From Podarcis muralis (taxonomy: Eukaryota), in the NCBI RefSeq assembly GCF_964188315.1, contig NC_135662.1, positions 17,484,001 through 17,548,000 of the forward strand: DNA of 64,000 nt, given 5' to 3'. Position 1 is the first letter of the stretch. Each line of letters starts with the position of its first letter. Below the pieces are notes generated by a model, which did not search any database, was not told where the DNA came from, and worked only from the letters and a program-made list of their open reading frames with translations. The translations under genes and the position numbers were made by a program. Below, piece by piece: positions 50,849 to 61,647 of this stretch.

Positions 50849-53674
50849 TATTTTTGAACGTGGCATGAAATAATGACCTGTAGGAAATCACTGGCACAAG
50901 AAAAAGGAACAAGAACTATAGAGTTCTAACTTACCGTATTCAATCTGATTTTTTTTTTTGGGGGGGGGGTGAGACCAAGTTGCAGTTTAAGGATCATTTA
51001 TTATTCACTATCTTCTTGCCCTGTGCAATACCTTTCTCCAGTCTTGCTTCACATCCTCCCTGGATGTTTTTGCCAGGGTGGAATGTGTCCTTGAACTCTT
51101 GCTTCCCTGGATCGAGGATAGAAAGAAATATGTGTAGAAACTAGGCTAATGTACAAAGTTAAAATTTATATTCATTTCTGTGTCCACTTTTCACTCGGGT
51201 CCCTCCCTCATGCCTTTCTGTTGCCCAGAAAGGGTATATGTGTCCTTTAGGCTAAAAAAAAGGTTCCCTGCCTTTGGCTTGTATAAAGGAATATGGATAC
51301 AGCAAACAGAAAATAACATCTCCTTTAACGTCCCGTTGATTGTAAATGGGAAAATTTTAAGAAAGCAGTTCACACTTTGAAATCAGTAGGAAAGAGACTT
51401 CAATCCTATGCACACTTAGCTAGTAGACTTTCCATTGGAAACCAATAGAATTAAGAAGTATTTTAACGAATGCCCTAATTTTGTGCATATTATTTCTGTG
51501 CTAGCTTTTGGTTTCTCTGAAAGATCTTGCACAATGTAACCCAGGCCTCGGTATCCTCAAAATCATAGCTTGTTGAAAGGAGGAACATCTGAAATAGTTT
51601 CCCTTTAGCTGCATTTCATTTCCCCCTCATTTCCTTTGACTCTGTTAGGGATCTTTCAGGAAGTATTTATAGTCAAGGCTATTCCTTGCCATACGGGTTC
51701 TCTAATTAACTGAAGGAAACTCAGCGGGTGCTGTGTCTTACTAATGCACATAGCTATGTTGGGTCAAAGCACTGCCGAACTCCTCTGGCTTTGTTAGAAG
51801 CACCTGTTTCCACAATTCAGTGTTTGGGGATGTGGAGAACTTAACTTCTAAGTATAAACTGCATCCTGGGGGAGGGGGGGGGGACGGACAACCACCCTAA
51901 AATAATCGCCGAACCAGGAAAGTGTTAAAGAAACTGATTGGAAACATTTGGTGTCAGATGCTAGATGGATGACCCCCCCAATTTAAAAAGAAAAGGGGGC
52001 AACCGTGCTGTTGAATTGCCAAAACTTGAAAATCCTGTTATGTTTTAAACTAGTTTAGGCAGAACTTCAGAAGTACTGGGTTGAATTTGCGTGCAAGTGG
52101 AGATAACTCTTTGTGACTGAGTAATGAAAGTTCAGCAGAAAGCAAGGTTTAAAATGTTAAGCCAGCCCATCTTAAGTGGCTGTATCTGCATTGTGTGAAT
52201 CAAGCTCATACATTATCGGGTAGGGAGGTAACCTCACCCTCTGGATATTTACTCAGCCACAGCTAGGTATGTTTCAGGAAGAAATGCCTAGAAATGTATT
52301 GGGTGGTAAAATCATTATTCGGGTGTGGTGATATAATCATATAGTGCCTGGATGTTACATCAAAAACCTTGAGGAAAAAGTGAATCAGTTTGCAGAACAA
52401 AGAATGTGAGCGGTACTGTATACCAAAGTTGCTAAGGGGTTGGGAACAAATAAGATTCTGCTGAGAACATCAGTTTGAATGCTTATTCAAAATTAGCTAG
52501 ATAAATTGAGTTGTTGCAGAGCCAGTCAGAAAAGTCTTTAACCATGCCCTATTCGATAAGAAAGCCTAGTGATGTGGGCAGTGTATCAGGTTTGTAACTG
52601 TACCTCATATGCGTTATGCTGCAATACCACAGCATTTGGTTACCTTTCCTGAAGCTGCTTCTATTGAAATAAATGTAAGAAACCAATACTGGTTTAGAAA
52701 ATCATTACCCTTGTGTATTCCATTTCTGTTCTTTAGGCACTTTACACTTCAAAAGCAATGTGTTAGTTATGTTTTACCTTCACTCACCTTTTCTTGCATG
52801 TTGCCAGGAGAAGAGAAACAATCAACTCATTAACTTTTATTTAATCTAGCCTTCCCTAACCTGGCACCTTCCAGACATTTCAAACTAAAATTCCCACCAT
52901 CCCTCACATTTGACCATGCTAGCTAGAACTGATGGGAGTTTTAGTCCAAAACATATGGAGGGCACCAGGTTGGGGAATGGTGGTTTAGCCTACACATTCC
53001 AGCCACTTTGTCTACATTCCGCTGTGGCCAAAATACCACCCTGAATATGTCATGTTTGATTGCATTATATTGATATTTCTTCATATAAAATCTTAAAACA
53101 TGCTTTCTGGTGAGAGGGAACTTTTAGTTTAGAAGACACAAACTTTGTGGAAATAAGATTTTGATTAATGTGTTGTTTTCAAGAGCCCACAAATTTCTCT
53201 TGTGTGAGAAAATGCCATTTTTATTAAAATAAAAATGGAGCAGTCATATGTTCAGATGAGAAGTTTGGTTACTTCAAACTAATTTTAGTTAGGTGGGGTG
53301 CAAATCTCTGCTGTTGCTGTTCCTGCAAATAGCATCTGATCACAGCTGTTTTGGAGCAAAAAAAATCCAAACACCCAACAAACCCTATCATGACTCATTT
53401 GCGCTATATTTGCCGGGAGTGAGGAAACTATCACACAGAAAAGGAAATCGAAAATAACACTACATCTTTATATGCATGTGTGTTTGTGTGTGCATGTGTG
53501 TGGAGTTTATCATTTGTTTAAGAGACTTGTGAGGGTTCAAGTGGACCATGTGGTGCTTCCCCAACTTCTCACCCTATAAATTATTATAAGAAAATTGAAT
53601 CTGACTGGTCTGTAGCTCATGCAAGCTTATGCCATAATAAACACCTTAGTATTTAAGGTGCCACTGGACATTTA

Positions 53675-53915
53675 CAGTGGAACCTCAGTTTTCAAGCGTC
53701 TTGGAAGCTGAACGATTCGGAACCCAAACAGCGAAAACCCAGAAGTAATTGCTTCCATTTTCGAACACGCCTCGGAAGTCGAATGGCTTCCGAGGCGTGT
53801 TTCTCCATTTTTTCAATGGATTTTGCCGGCCGCCCATTGAACCTCGGTTTTCAAACGTTTCGGAAGTCGAACGGTCTTCCGGAACGAATTATGTTCGAAA
53901 ACCGAGGTTCCACTG
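53675..53915. mobile_element. Tigger-type MITE (241 bp)
   Basis: TA TSD and TIR cagtggaacctcagtttt / aaaaccgaggttccactg. Confidence 0.85.
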
Positions 53916-54423
53916 TACTTGTTTGTTTGTTTGTTTTACAGAAATCTAGTCTTTGTTCAGTTGAACGACCTCCGCATTTTTTTTACAAAGCAGCCTTGAA
54001 GTTACATTGAATCTTTGAGCTTGCTCTAAAGTTGCAGCAAATCACATGCGAAACCCCTTCAGACTTAATCATAATAATAACAACAATAAAAAGGAATATT
54101 TGCTGCCGCTTGGGCACTTCAAAGCTATCACCTCTCCCGTCTGTACATGACTAAAAGGCTTTAAGGCAGATAGTAGAAGGGGAAAAACAATGAAATCAAA
54201 GACAGTCTTAATATACAACTATTATAGGCTGCATAAGACATTTGAAGAATATCTCAAAATATTTATAGGTTCTTCTGATGCATGCACATTACCAGCTGCC
54301 TTTCATGTTTGTGGTGTAAGGCGCTTGAAATACATCTTGGGGGGGGGGGCGGGGGGAGAGGAGAAAGTTGTATTTCCTGCATGCTGTTTATGTGTGTTTA
54401 CCGTGTGGTGTATCCATCTAGAG

Positions 54424-54927
54424 AAGGGTTTCCCAAACTTGGATCTCCAGCTGTTTTGGGACTAGTAAAGGCAAAGGGACCCCTGACCATTAGGTCCAGT
54501 CGTGACCGACTCTGGGGTTGCGGCGCTCATCTCGCTTTATTGGCCGAGGGAGCCGGCGTACAGCTTCCGGGTCATGTGGCCAGCATGACTAAGCCGCTTC
54601 TGGCGAATCAGAGCAGTGCACGGAAACGCCGTTTACCTTCCCGCCGGAGTGGTACCTATTTATCTACTTGCACTTTGATGTGCTTTCGAACTGCTAGGTT
54701 GGCAGGAGCAGGGACCGAGCAACGGAAGCTCACCCCGTCGCGGGGATTTGAACCGCCGACCTTCTGATCGGCAAGTCCTAGGCTCTTTGGTTTAACCCAC
54801 AGCGCCACCCGTGTCCCGTGTTTTGAGACTACAGTTCCCATAATCCTGAGCTAGCAAGACCAGTGGTCAGGGATGATGGGAATAGTAGTCCAAAAACAGC
54901 TGGAGACCAAAGTTTGGGAAACCCTTG
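54424..54927. mobile_element. Hairpin hAT MITE carrying the nested Sauria SINE
   Basis: TIR aagggtttcccaaact / agtttgggaaacccttg, preceded by atctagag (54416-54423). Confidence 0.8.
54465..54817 (-). mobile_element. Sauria SINE nested in a hAT MITE
   Basis: Full body on the minus strand. TSD tgttttgggacta / tgttttgagacta (54452-54464 and 54819-54831). Confidence 0.92.
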
Positions 54928-55178
54928 AACAAGCAAACTTTTTCAGCAGGGGGCCGGTCCACTGTCCCTCAGACCTTGTGCGGGGCCAGACTACATTTTG
55001 AAGGGGGGGGGGAAATGAATGAATTCCTATGCCCCACAAATAACCCAGAGATGCATTTTTAACAAAAGCACACATTCTACTCATGTAAAAACACACTGAT
55101 TCCTGGACCGTCCACAGGCCGGATTTAGAAGGCGATTGGGCTGGATCTGCCCCCCAGGCCTTAGTTTGCCTACTCATG
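54928..55178. mobile_element. hAT MITE of the 37372 family, left end damaged
   Basis: agcaaactttttcagcagggggccggtccactgtccctcag ... ggccttagtttgcctactcatg, followed by gtctagag. Confidence 0.82.
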
Positions 55179-55401
55179 GTCTAGAGCAGTGTTTCCCAAC
55201 CGGTGTTCCGCGGCACACTAGTGTGCCGCGAGACGTTGCCTGGTGTGCCGTGGGAGGGAGGCGGGCAAGTCGGGCGGCGAGAGGCGGGGCGGCGGCGGCG
55301 AGGATCCGCGTCGACCCGGGGGCAGCTCCGCGGTGGTGGTGCCGAGGTTTCTCTCTCCATTCTCCCCTCACACACACACACAGGATCAGCTGACAGGACT
55401 C

Positions 55402-55410
55402 GGCCAATGG
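55402..55410 (+). promoter_or_regulatory. CCAAT (NF-Y-type) box upstream of the captured ATG
   Basis: GGCCAATGG, with CCAAT at 55404-55408, about 70 bp upstream of ATG 55476 in CpG-island-like sequence. Motif only; function untested. Confidence 0.5.
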
Positions 55411-55475
55411 GGCGGCGGCGGGGCAGCGCGCGCAAAAGGGAGGAGCGCGAGACAGCGGACGAGGAGGAGGCCGGC

Positions 55476-55754
55476 ATGTCCGGGCAGCAGCAGCAACAAC
55501 AGCAGCAGCAACTCCCGGCGACGGCTCCTCAAGCCCCGGGCAACCCTACTCCCTCACCGGCCTCGGCCGCCCTCCTGCTCCACCCGCCGCCGCCTCCCCC
55601 GCCGCCGCCGGCCACCTCGGCCCCGCCGCCGCCCCCTCCTCCGCCCGCTATCGCCGCCACCACCACAACAGCCGCCGCCGCCTCAGCTGGGCCCATGCCT
55701 GCTGGGAGCGGCGGCGGCGGCAGCAGCAGCAGCAGCGCCCCGGCGCCCTTCCCT
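55476..55754 (+). pseudogene. RANBP9: Captured 5' fragment of RANBP9 (N-terminal Q/P/A-rich region) inside the hAT element
   Basis: Translation MSGQQQQQQQQQLPAT...SAALLLHPPPPPPPPPATSAPPPPPPPP...SSSSSAPAPFP. It has the same ordered motifs as recalled human RANBP9 (MSGQ..QQQQQQQQL..AAALLLHPPPPPPPATAAPPPPPPP..SSAAAPFPHGDS). Low-complexity sequence and identification from memory. Confidence 0.8.
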
Positions 55755-55774
55755 CCCGGCGTGACGCTGCGCGC

Positions 55775-55782
55775 TGACGTCA
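55775..55782. promoter_or_regulatory. Perfect CRE palindrome TGACGTCA in the hAT arm
   Basis: gcTGACGTCAcgggg, conserved in both copies of the element. Motif only. Confidence 0.4.
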
Positions 55783-55871
55783 CGGGGCTGTAATGGTGGT
55801 GTGCCTCAAGATTTTTTTCATCAAACAAGTGTGCCTTTGCCCAAAAAAGGTTGGGAAACACTGGTCTAGAG

Positions 55872-56025
55872 AGCCAACATGGAACAGTGGTTAGAGTGTC
55901 AAGCTTATTTATTGGCAGACCAGGTTCAAATCGCTACTCAGGGTGACCTTGGACCATTGTCTCACAGCCTTGGACCATTGTCTCACAGCCTAACCTACCT
56001 TTCAGTGTTATTGTGAGGAAAAAAT
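55872..56025 (+). mobile_element. Old MIR/Squam3-like SINE remnant with a 21-bp internal tandem duplication
   Basis: cagtggttagagtgtc...caggttcaaatc...gggtgaccttggacca...cagcctaacctacct...gttattgtgagga; duplicated unit at 55947-55988. Confidence 0.55.
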
Positions 56026-56355
56026 TGGAAACAGTTACCTCAGAATTCCCCCATGCCAGTATTTGGGTATATCCTGGTAGCCGCTGACTCATGGCGAGAC
56101 AGTGAACTTCCGACAACTCATCTCGCTGTAATGTATTATTTGACGCAGCGCTTCTAATGTACTCAGTTCAAGTACTTAGATTTAAGCCAATTTAATCTAT
56201 TTGGAATTCAATTGCACTAAAATGTCTGAAACTTAAGAATTTCAATTTCATAGGGATGTAGATTGAGCCGTAAAGTCTTTCATGTCACATGGTCCACTGG
56301 CATACAAATTAGCATAGATCCCTCCAACCCTTCATTAAAAAGGTTTTTACTTAAC

Positions 56356-56364
<9 letters not shown>

Positions 56365-56392
<28 letters not shown>
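56365..56392. repeat. (CA)n microsatellite
   Basis: Read directly from the sequence. Confidence 0.9.
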
Positions 56393-56395
<3 letters not shown>

Positions 56396-57249
56396 CATTG
56401 TACACGTCACACTTTACATCTGGAGCTTAATGTCAGCTAAAATGTTGCAGGCTTCTGATTCTTCTAAGTGACTTGGCACTTGCTTGGGGTGTGTGTGTGT
56501 ATGCATGTGTGCACATTTGTTTATTAGCTGCAAAGAACCAAAATGGAAAGGAAGGGGGGAGTATTCTTAATTAAAATTCTAAACTCCATTCCTCCCCTTT
56601 TTTCATCAGGCACTGATCAGAGATATTAGTCACATGTTTTATAGACTCGATCGTAATGGTTTTAAAAGCAAAAGAGCATGTGTTGAGCCTACTGATTTTT
56701 CCATAATGGAAAACTATATTAGGCTTTGCAGAAGTTTTAAATTTGGGCTTATTTTGAAATCCTTTGATGCCTTCAAGGACTGAAAACTTCACCACCCCTT
56801 AATCAGTTTGGCTTTGCCTCCCAAAAGCTGCCTCTGATGGTGTAGAATTGGGGAGGGGGGTCTCAAAAATGGCTGTGCATGGCAACTTTCAGGTTAGGTG
56901 TTTTATGCACAGGTATACATTTGTTTTTGTGACGGGTGTAGATTTGGAAACAGAGCAGTTGCTATGCTCGGTTGTTGTCTTACATAAACATTCCCTTCAG
57001 CCTCAGAGATAAGGAAGGATACAAAGGCAGAGCCACACCGAGTATGCTTCATGCACATCTATGTTGCGTCAATGCTTCCTGGAGTGAACACACCCATCTA
57101 ACATGCTTCTTTAATCACCTGTGTGCGTGCATTAGACTGGGAAGTTTAAACTCCAAAGCTTGAGGCTGGGACCTGCATGGTGAGCTACCATGGACTGTGT
57201 TTTAATTCAGACTTTGGATTCCTCTTCAGGCAAAGAGGGACGGGAATAG

Positions 57250-57500
57250 TTTCACTCTTTGGGGAGAATGTTCCACAACTGAGGCACTGCCACCCGCCAA
57301 ACCTCAGATGGCAATGATGCCTACAGGAGGTATTCCACAGGAGACCTGAATATAGAAGAAGGTACATAGGGAGACAGGTGGTCCTAAAAGTTCCCTGATC
57401 CTAAAGGCTTTCCAGGTCAAAATCAGCACTTTTAATTGGGCCCCAAAATGGATTGTGAGTTGGCAATAACACAAGTGCAATGTGAAGATAGCATCCAGTT
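57250..57500 (-). mobile_element. Decayed L2-like LINE fragment
   Basis: gaatgttccacaactgaggcactgccac...ggctttccaggtcaaaatcagcacttttaattgggccccaaaatgg. Confidence 0.5.
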
Positions 57501-58141
57501 CCATGTGTTGCAGAATATATCTGTTAGATTACTAACTTCAGTTTCGAAATAGTCTTCAAATACATTCACACTTATAGCACATTAAAGCAATGTAAATGGA
57601 GGTTACCAGAGCCCAGGATAACGAAGGCCAGGCTATTTCTGCCCAGGTAAGTTTGCAGCTGGTATAATTGTAGACATTGTGTATATGATGAACTATTCTA
57701 TCCATGTGATAGAATGAAATATAAATAAAAGGCATAAGCTAGAGACAGCAACTCAGCATTACTTAGAATCTCCTTTATTGGAATACATTATACTTTAAAG
57801 TGCTTAACTTTTGAACAAATGGGAAAGAGCATTGAAAGACATTGAATCCGGACTCTTGACCACAAAAAATATTTTTCAGCTTTCCTCTGGCGTCTAAGAT
57901 GTCATATGTGATTGCCCAAGCATAGATTCTCATGAATAAGGAATCTAATATTGTTTTTTTTTTAATAAATTACACTTTTAATGAAGCTTTATTAAAGAGG
58001 ATAAACAAATTAAACCAACAGGTAGGACGCTTCATCCACTCCATTCCAGCAATGGTAATTGTAAAAACATAGGTTTATGGATAAACTGACATTCTTTTCT
58101 TCTGTTTGTTTAAATGAAAGTCGGGATTCTGTTAACCAGAA

Positions 58142-58208
58142 TGAATTGCAGGGGCTTGGATGAACCTTGGGGTCCTTTCCAACCCTACAATTCTACTATT
58201 CAATAATC
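58142..58208 (+). mobile_element. Short CR1-type 3' tail fragment
   Basis: ttgcaggggcttggatgaaccttggggtcctttccaaccctacaattcta. Confidence 0.55.
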
Positions 58209-58226
58209 TGAATTAAATGCTCGGTA

Positions 58227-58455
58227 CAGTGGTACCTCGGGTTACAGATGCTTCAGGTTACAGACTCCACTAACCCAGAAATAGTACCTCGGGTTAAGAA
58301 CTTTGCTTCAGGATGAGAACAGAAATCATGCAGTGGCGGCGCAGCGGCAGCAGCAGGAAGCCCCATTAGCTAAAGTGGTGCTTCAGGTTAAGAACAGTTT
58401 CAGGTTAAGAACGGACCTCCAGAACTAATTAAGTTCTTAACCCGAGGTACCACTG
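58227..58455. mobile_element. Tigger-type MITE (229 bp)
   Basis: TA TSD and TIR cagtggtacctcgggtta / taacccgaggtaccactg. Confidence 0.88.
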
Positions 58456-59834
58456 TATAATAATCTGCCCTTTTTCTTCTCTTGCAAAGTATTAAAGCGC
58501 GCGCACAAAACGTTGTTGTTGTTGCTAAATGAAATAAATGTTACCCTTGCTCTGTTTTGCCGTTTGGACAGGTTTTTAAAATGTTTCTTCCCTGACACGC
58601 TGTTAAGCAAAGATTAGAGTGAATGCTTGCAATTGCTCTTTGCAAGCGAAGAGATCTAAACTTAAATGTTTCATGAAGAATGTGATGTGCTTCAGCTAGC
58701 ATTAGAGCTGCGAGTGCTAATAGCTGTTCATGAATAGCCGTGCACATTTTTGCAACCTGAAGGGCTATAATTTATTAGATTGAAAACAAAGTGTGATCAA
58801 TATAGCCTTTAATGCAATCAATAACGAGAACTGCCAAAAGGCATTTTACCATATTTCAGACTGAAAAAAAGTGTTTTCTGTCATTTTTTAAAAATAAAAA
58901 AAAAACAGCATTCCACTTTCAGTTTATCAGCAGATGGCAAGAAATGTTTCAACGGAGCCCATCTGCCTATCCATTCTTGATAGCGTACAAACTGAAAATT
59001 AGATTTCTTGGCCAGGTTGCAAGGGAAAATGAGGATACAACCCAGTCCCATTTGTACTAGTTCTGGCAATCATGTCCATTCAGGGGTTTTCTTCTCCTTC
59101 AAAGCAACAGGCTGTTTTGTAGGCTCCAGAATTGCTACATCACTCAGTGGCCTTTTCTGAGGTGTGTATGTGTTTCAGCAGCCTTCGTGTTGTCACTTGT
59201 TTCTTGTATGAGGCCCATCCTTGAATTTGTGGGACAAGAAAACCCAATACCCATACTTGGGTTTGTTGAGTGATTAGGCAGGGCATCTGTGTGAATGCTG
59301 CACACACAAAGTTTCTGTTAATGGGTGTTAAAAAATGTGTGCTGCATCGTTCGGAGTGTTTGGCACAGCTTCCGGGTACTTTATATATAAACTTACAGAA
59401 ATATCAGGAACTGTATAACTAACTAAACTCAGTTATTAAAGCACAAAGAAGTCCTTTGAACTCAGTGTGCATTAATTCTGAGCATGTATGTTTAGATCAC
59501 GCTATAACACAGCATATAAAACCAATAATAGTAACCATCCCTGGTGACCAGTCTAACAGTAATAGCAACATGACATGCATTGCTACAGTGACTACTGTTA
59601 GGAGCTTGTGTGTTGGAAATCACAGCCATTTTTGTGGGCAGCCGTGCCTTTTAAAGGGCTTTCCTTGACCTTCTGGTACAGCTCTGTCGGCGTGGAGGCC
59701 ATGAACAAGCATGTGGTGGGCAAACAGGAGCTTAGAGTAGAAACAGCCTGCTTCCTTGATCACCTGGGGCAGCTGGTTAACTGGGAGCTGAACATTTCTG
59801 CTCCTTTTCAAATAACCTCACCAATATACTAAAC

Positions 59835-59969
59835 CAGTGATGGCCAAACTTGGCCCTCCAGTTGTTTTGGGACTACAATTCCCATCCTTCCTGACCACTG
59901 GTCCTGTTAGCTAGGGGTGATGGGAGTTGCAGTCCCAAAACAGCTGGAGGGCCAAGTTGGGCATCACTG
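59835..59969. mobile_element. Hairpin hAT MITE (135 bp)
   Basis: TIR cagtgatggccaaacttgg / ccaagttgggcatcactg. Perfect 8-bp TSD tactaaac. Confidence 0.88.
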
Positions 59970-60090
59970 TACTAAACAGTATCCCCATCAAGTTTTGGGA
60001 GAAACGATACATCTAAGAACCCAACTGGCAACATTCCCAAGGAGACAACATAGTGGGCTTCATAGGTATACAATCTTGCTTCTAAATATT

Positions 60091-60225
60091 CATAGCACCA
60101 TAGAATTGTAGAGTTGGAAGGAACCCCGAGGGTAATCTAATCCCACCCCCTTGCAGTGCAGGAATCTCAACTAAAACATCCATGACAGATGGCCATCTAA
60201 CCTCTGAACAAAAACTTCCAGTGAA
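60091..60225 (-). mobile_element. CR1 3' end
   Basis: catagaattgtagagttggaaggaaccccgagggtaatctaatccc...gatggccatctaacctctg. Confidence 0.65.
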
Positions 60226-61647
60226 TGGCATCTGTTTGGTAACTGTGGAATTAGGATGCTGGACTTGGTGGGTTAATGGCATGATCTGCTAGCAAGACTT
60301 TTCTTATATCGTGTTTAAGGTTTCACGAGCAAAACCCAGTCGAGCCAACTCACTTCCTTAGAGGGAACCCCAGAAGCACAAGGGTAAGAATCAGGCCCCT
60401 ACAACTAGTCCTTCTGTAACAAGAAAGGACTGAGGAATACAGCTCTGGATACAGCTTTTAGGGACCATAGAAGCCGTAGGGTGTCTGTCTTCAAGCCCTG
60501 GATGTTGCCACAACATGTATGAATGTTGTAGAATACTAAGTTGTGGAAGTGGGACACACGCACATACCCCGGCTCCCAGTGTATGGATGTTGTTGGCACA
60601 CAGAGGAGCCTGAAGCCTGAAACTCCTACTGCTGAAATCCTAATCAGGAATTAGAAGGAAAGGTGGGAGGTAGAGAAAGAGAATTGAGCAGTGTGAGAGG
60701 GATATGTCTGTAGTCTGAAAAAGCATTTTATTCATAATGACTCAAACCAAATGTTCAATAAACACTGATTTCTTCATTATTTTTTATTTTAATCCAGTCT
60801 TTTAACACTGCGACATCTGTGGCTTACTGAGCTGTGATGACACTTTTGACACAAACAAATGGATTTACAACTAGTCATGTTAGGTCAGGATGGTGTGAAT
60901 AGCCTATGGAAATAAGGTTGGAACTGGAAAAACAACATGCCTGTAATGCTGGTCTAGCGAAATGACAGTGTCACTTCTCAGTGTTTTAACGTTTGTCAAC
61001 TGCATGTTACTCTCTTTGTCCCTCAGGATGGCAGAATTTCCTGCATCCATTCATTTCCAAAATAGAGATGATCTTTTCTTGATATCTCTCCCCCCCCCAA
61101 ACCCCTCCACACACATACACAGCCTTCACTAGGTCTTATTAACAGATTGTATGCGTGAACACTTCAGGGTCTTGAATATTATTTCATTTTTCAGGCTCTT
61201 GCATTCTGTGCCTTCTTAGAAATAACAGAAAGGGGTGGGAGAGATTTCTGTCACTAAGTTGACTGCAAATTCCACAGCCAATGACAAGATGAAAAAGAAG
61301 CATTGAATGAGTGTAGAACACCCGTTTTTAAAAAATAGTGATGGTTTCTTGAAATGTGTTTGACATGTCCTCAGCTGAAGACAAGTGGATGTGGCAATTT
61401 TATTCAGCCTTTGTAAACTCCCACAAAAATGAGTTTGGAGTCCGATGCCTTTGAGGATTGTTATTAATTACAATTACACAATGCTGTTCAGTTTTTATAT
61501 AGGTTCGAATTCTGTGGAAATCAATGGCATTAAGCAGCCACACTGTCTCTCAGCATTGCTGCTTTGATCTTTTTTCACATCATTCCCCATGAGGTGGATA
61601 TGTAAAGCTGGGAGACCTGATGGTTGAGCAGGATCATGAACCTAGAC

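Larger units (their letters stand above)
55187..55863 (+). mobile_element. Non-autonomous hAT element (Pack-type) with captured GC-rich host cargo, copy 1 (677 bp)
   Basis: TIR cagtgtttcccaac ... gttgggaaacactg. Perfect 8-bp TSD gtctagag (55179-55186 and 55864-55871). Arms 55187-55304 and ~55750-55863 are shared with the element at 61648-62341. Confidence 0.92.

Noticed and set aside
55243-55861. Other long ORFs overlapping the Pack-hAT (55243-55764 +, 55181-55477 -, 55529-55861 -) and 61620-62342 +
   Set aside because: Expected in very GC-rich DNA. Only the frame starting at 55476 matches a recognisable protein.
58460-59050. Repeat-free stretch that looks like a conserved non-coding element
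   Set aside because: No specific motif cluster or comparative data supports it; it needs a cross-species alignment.
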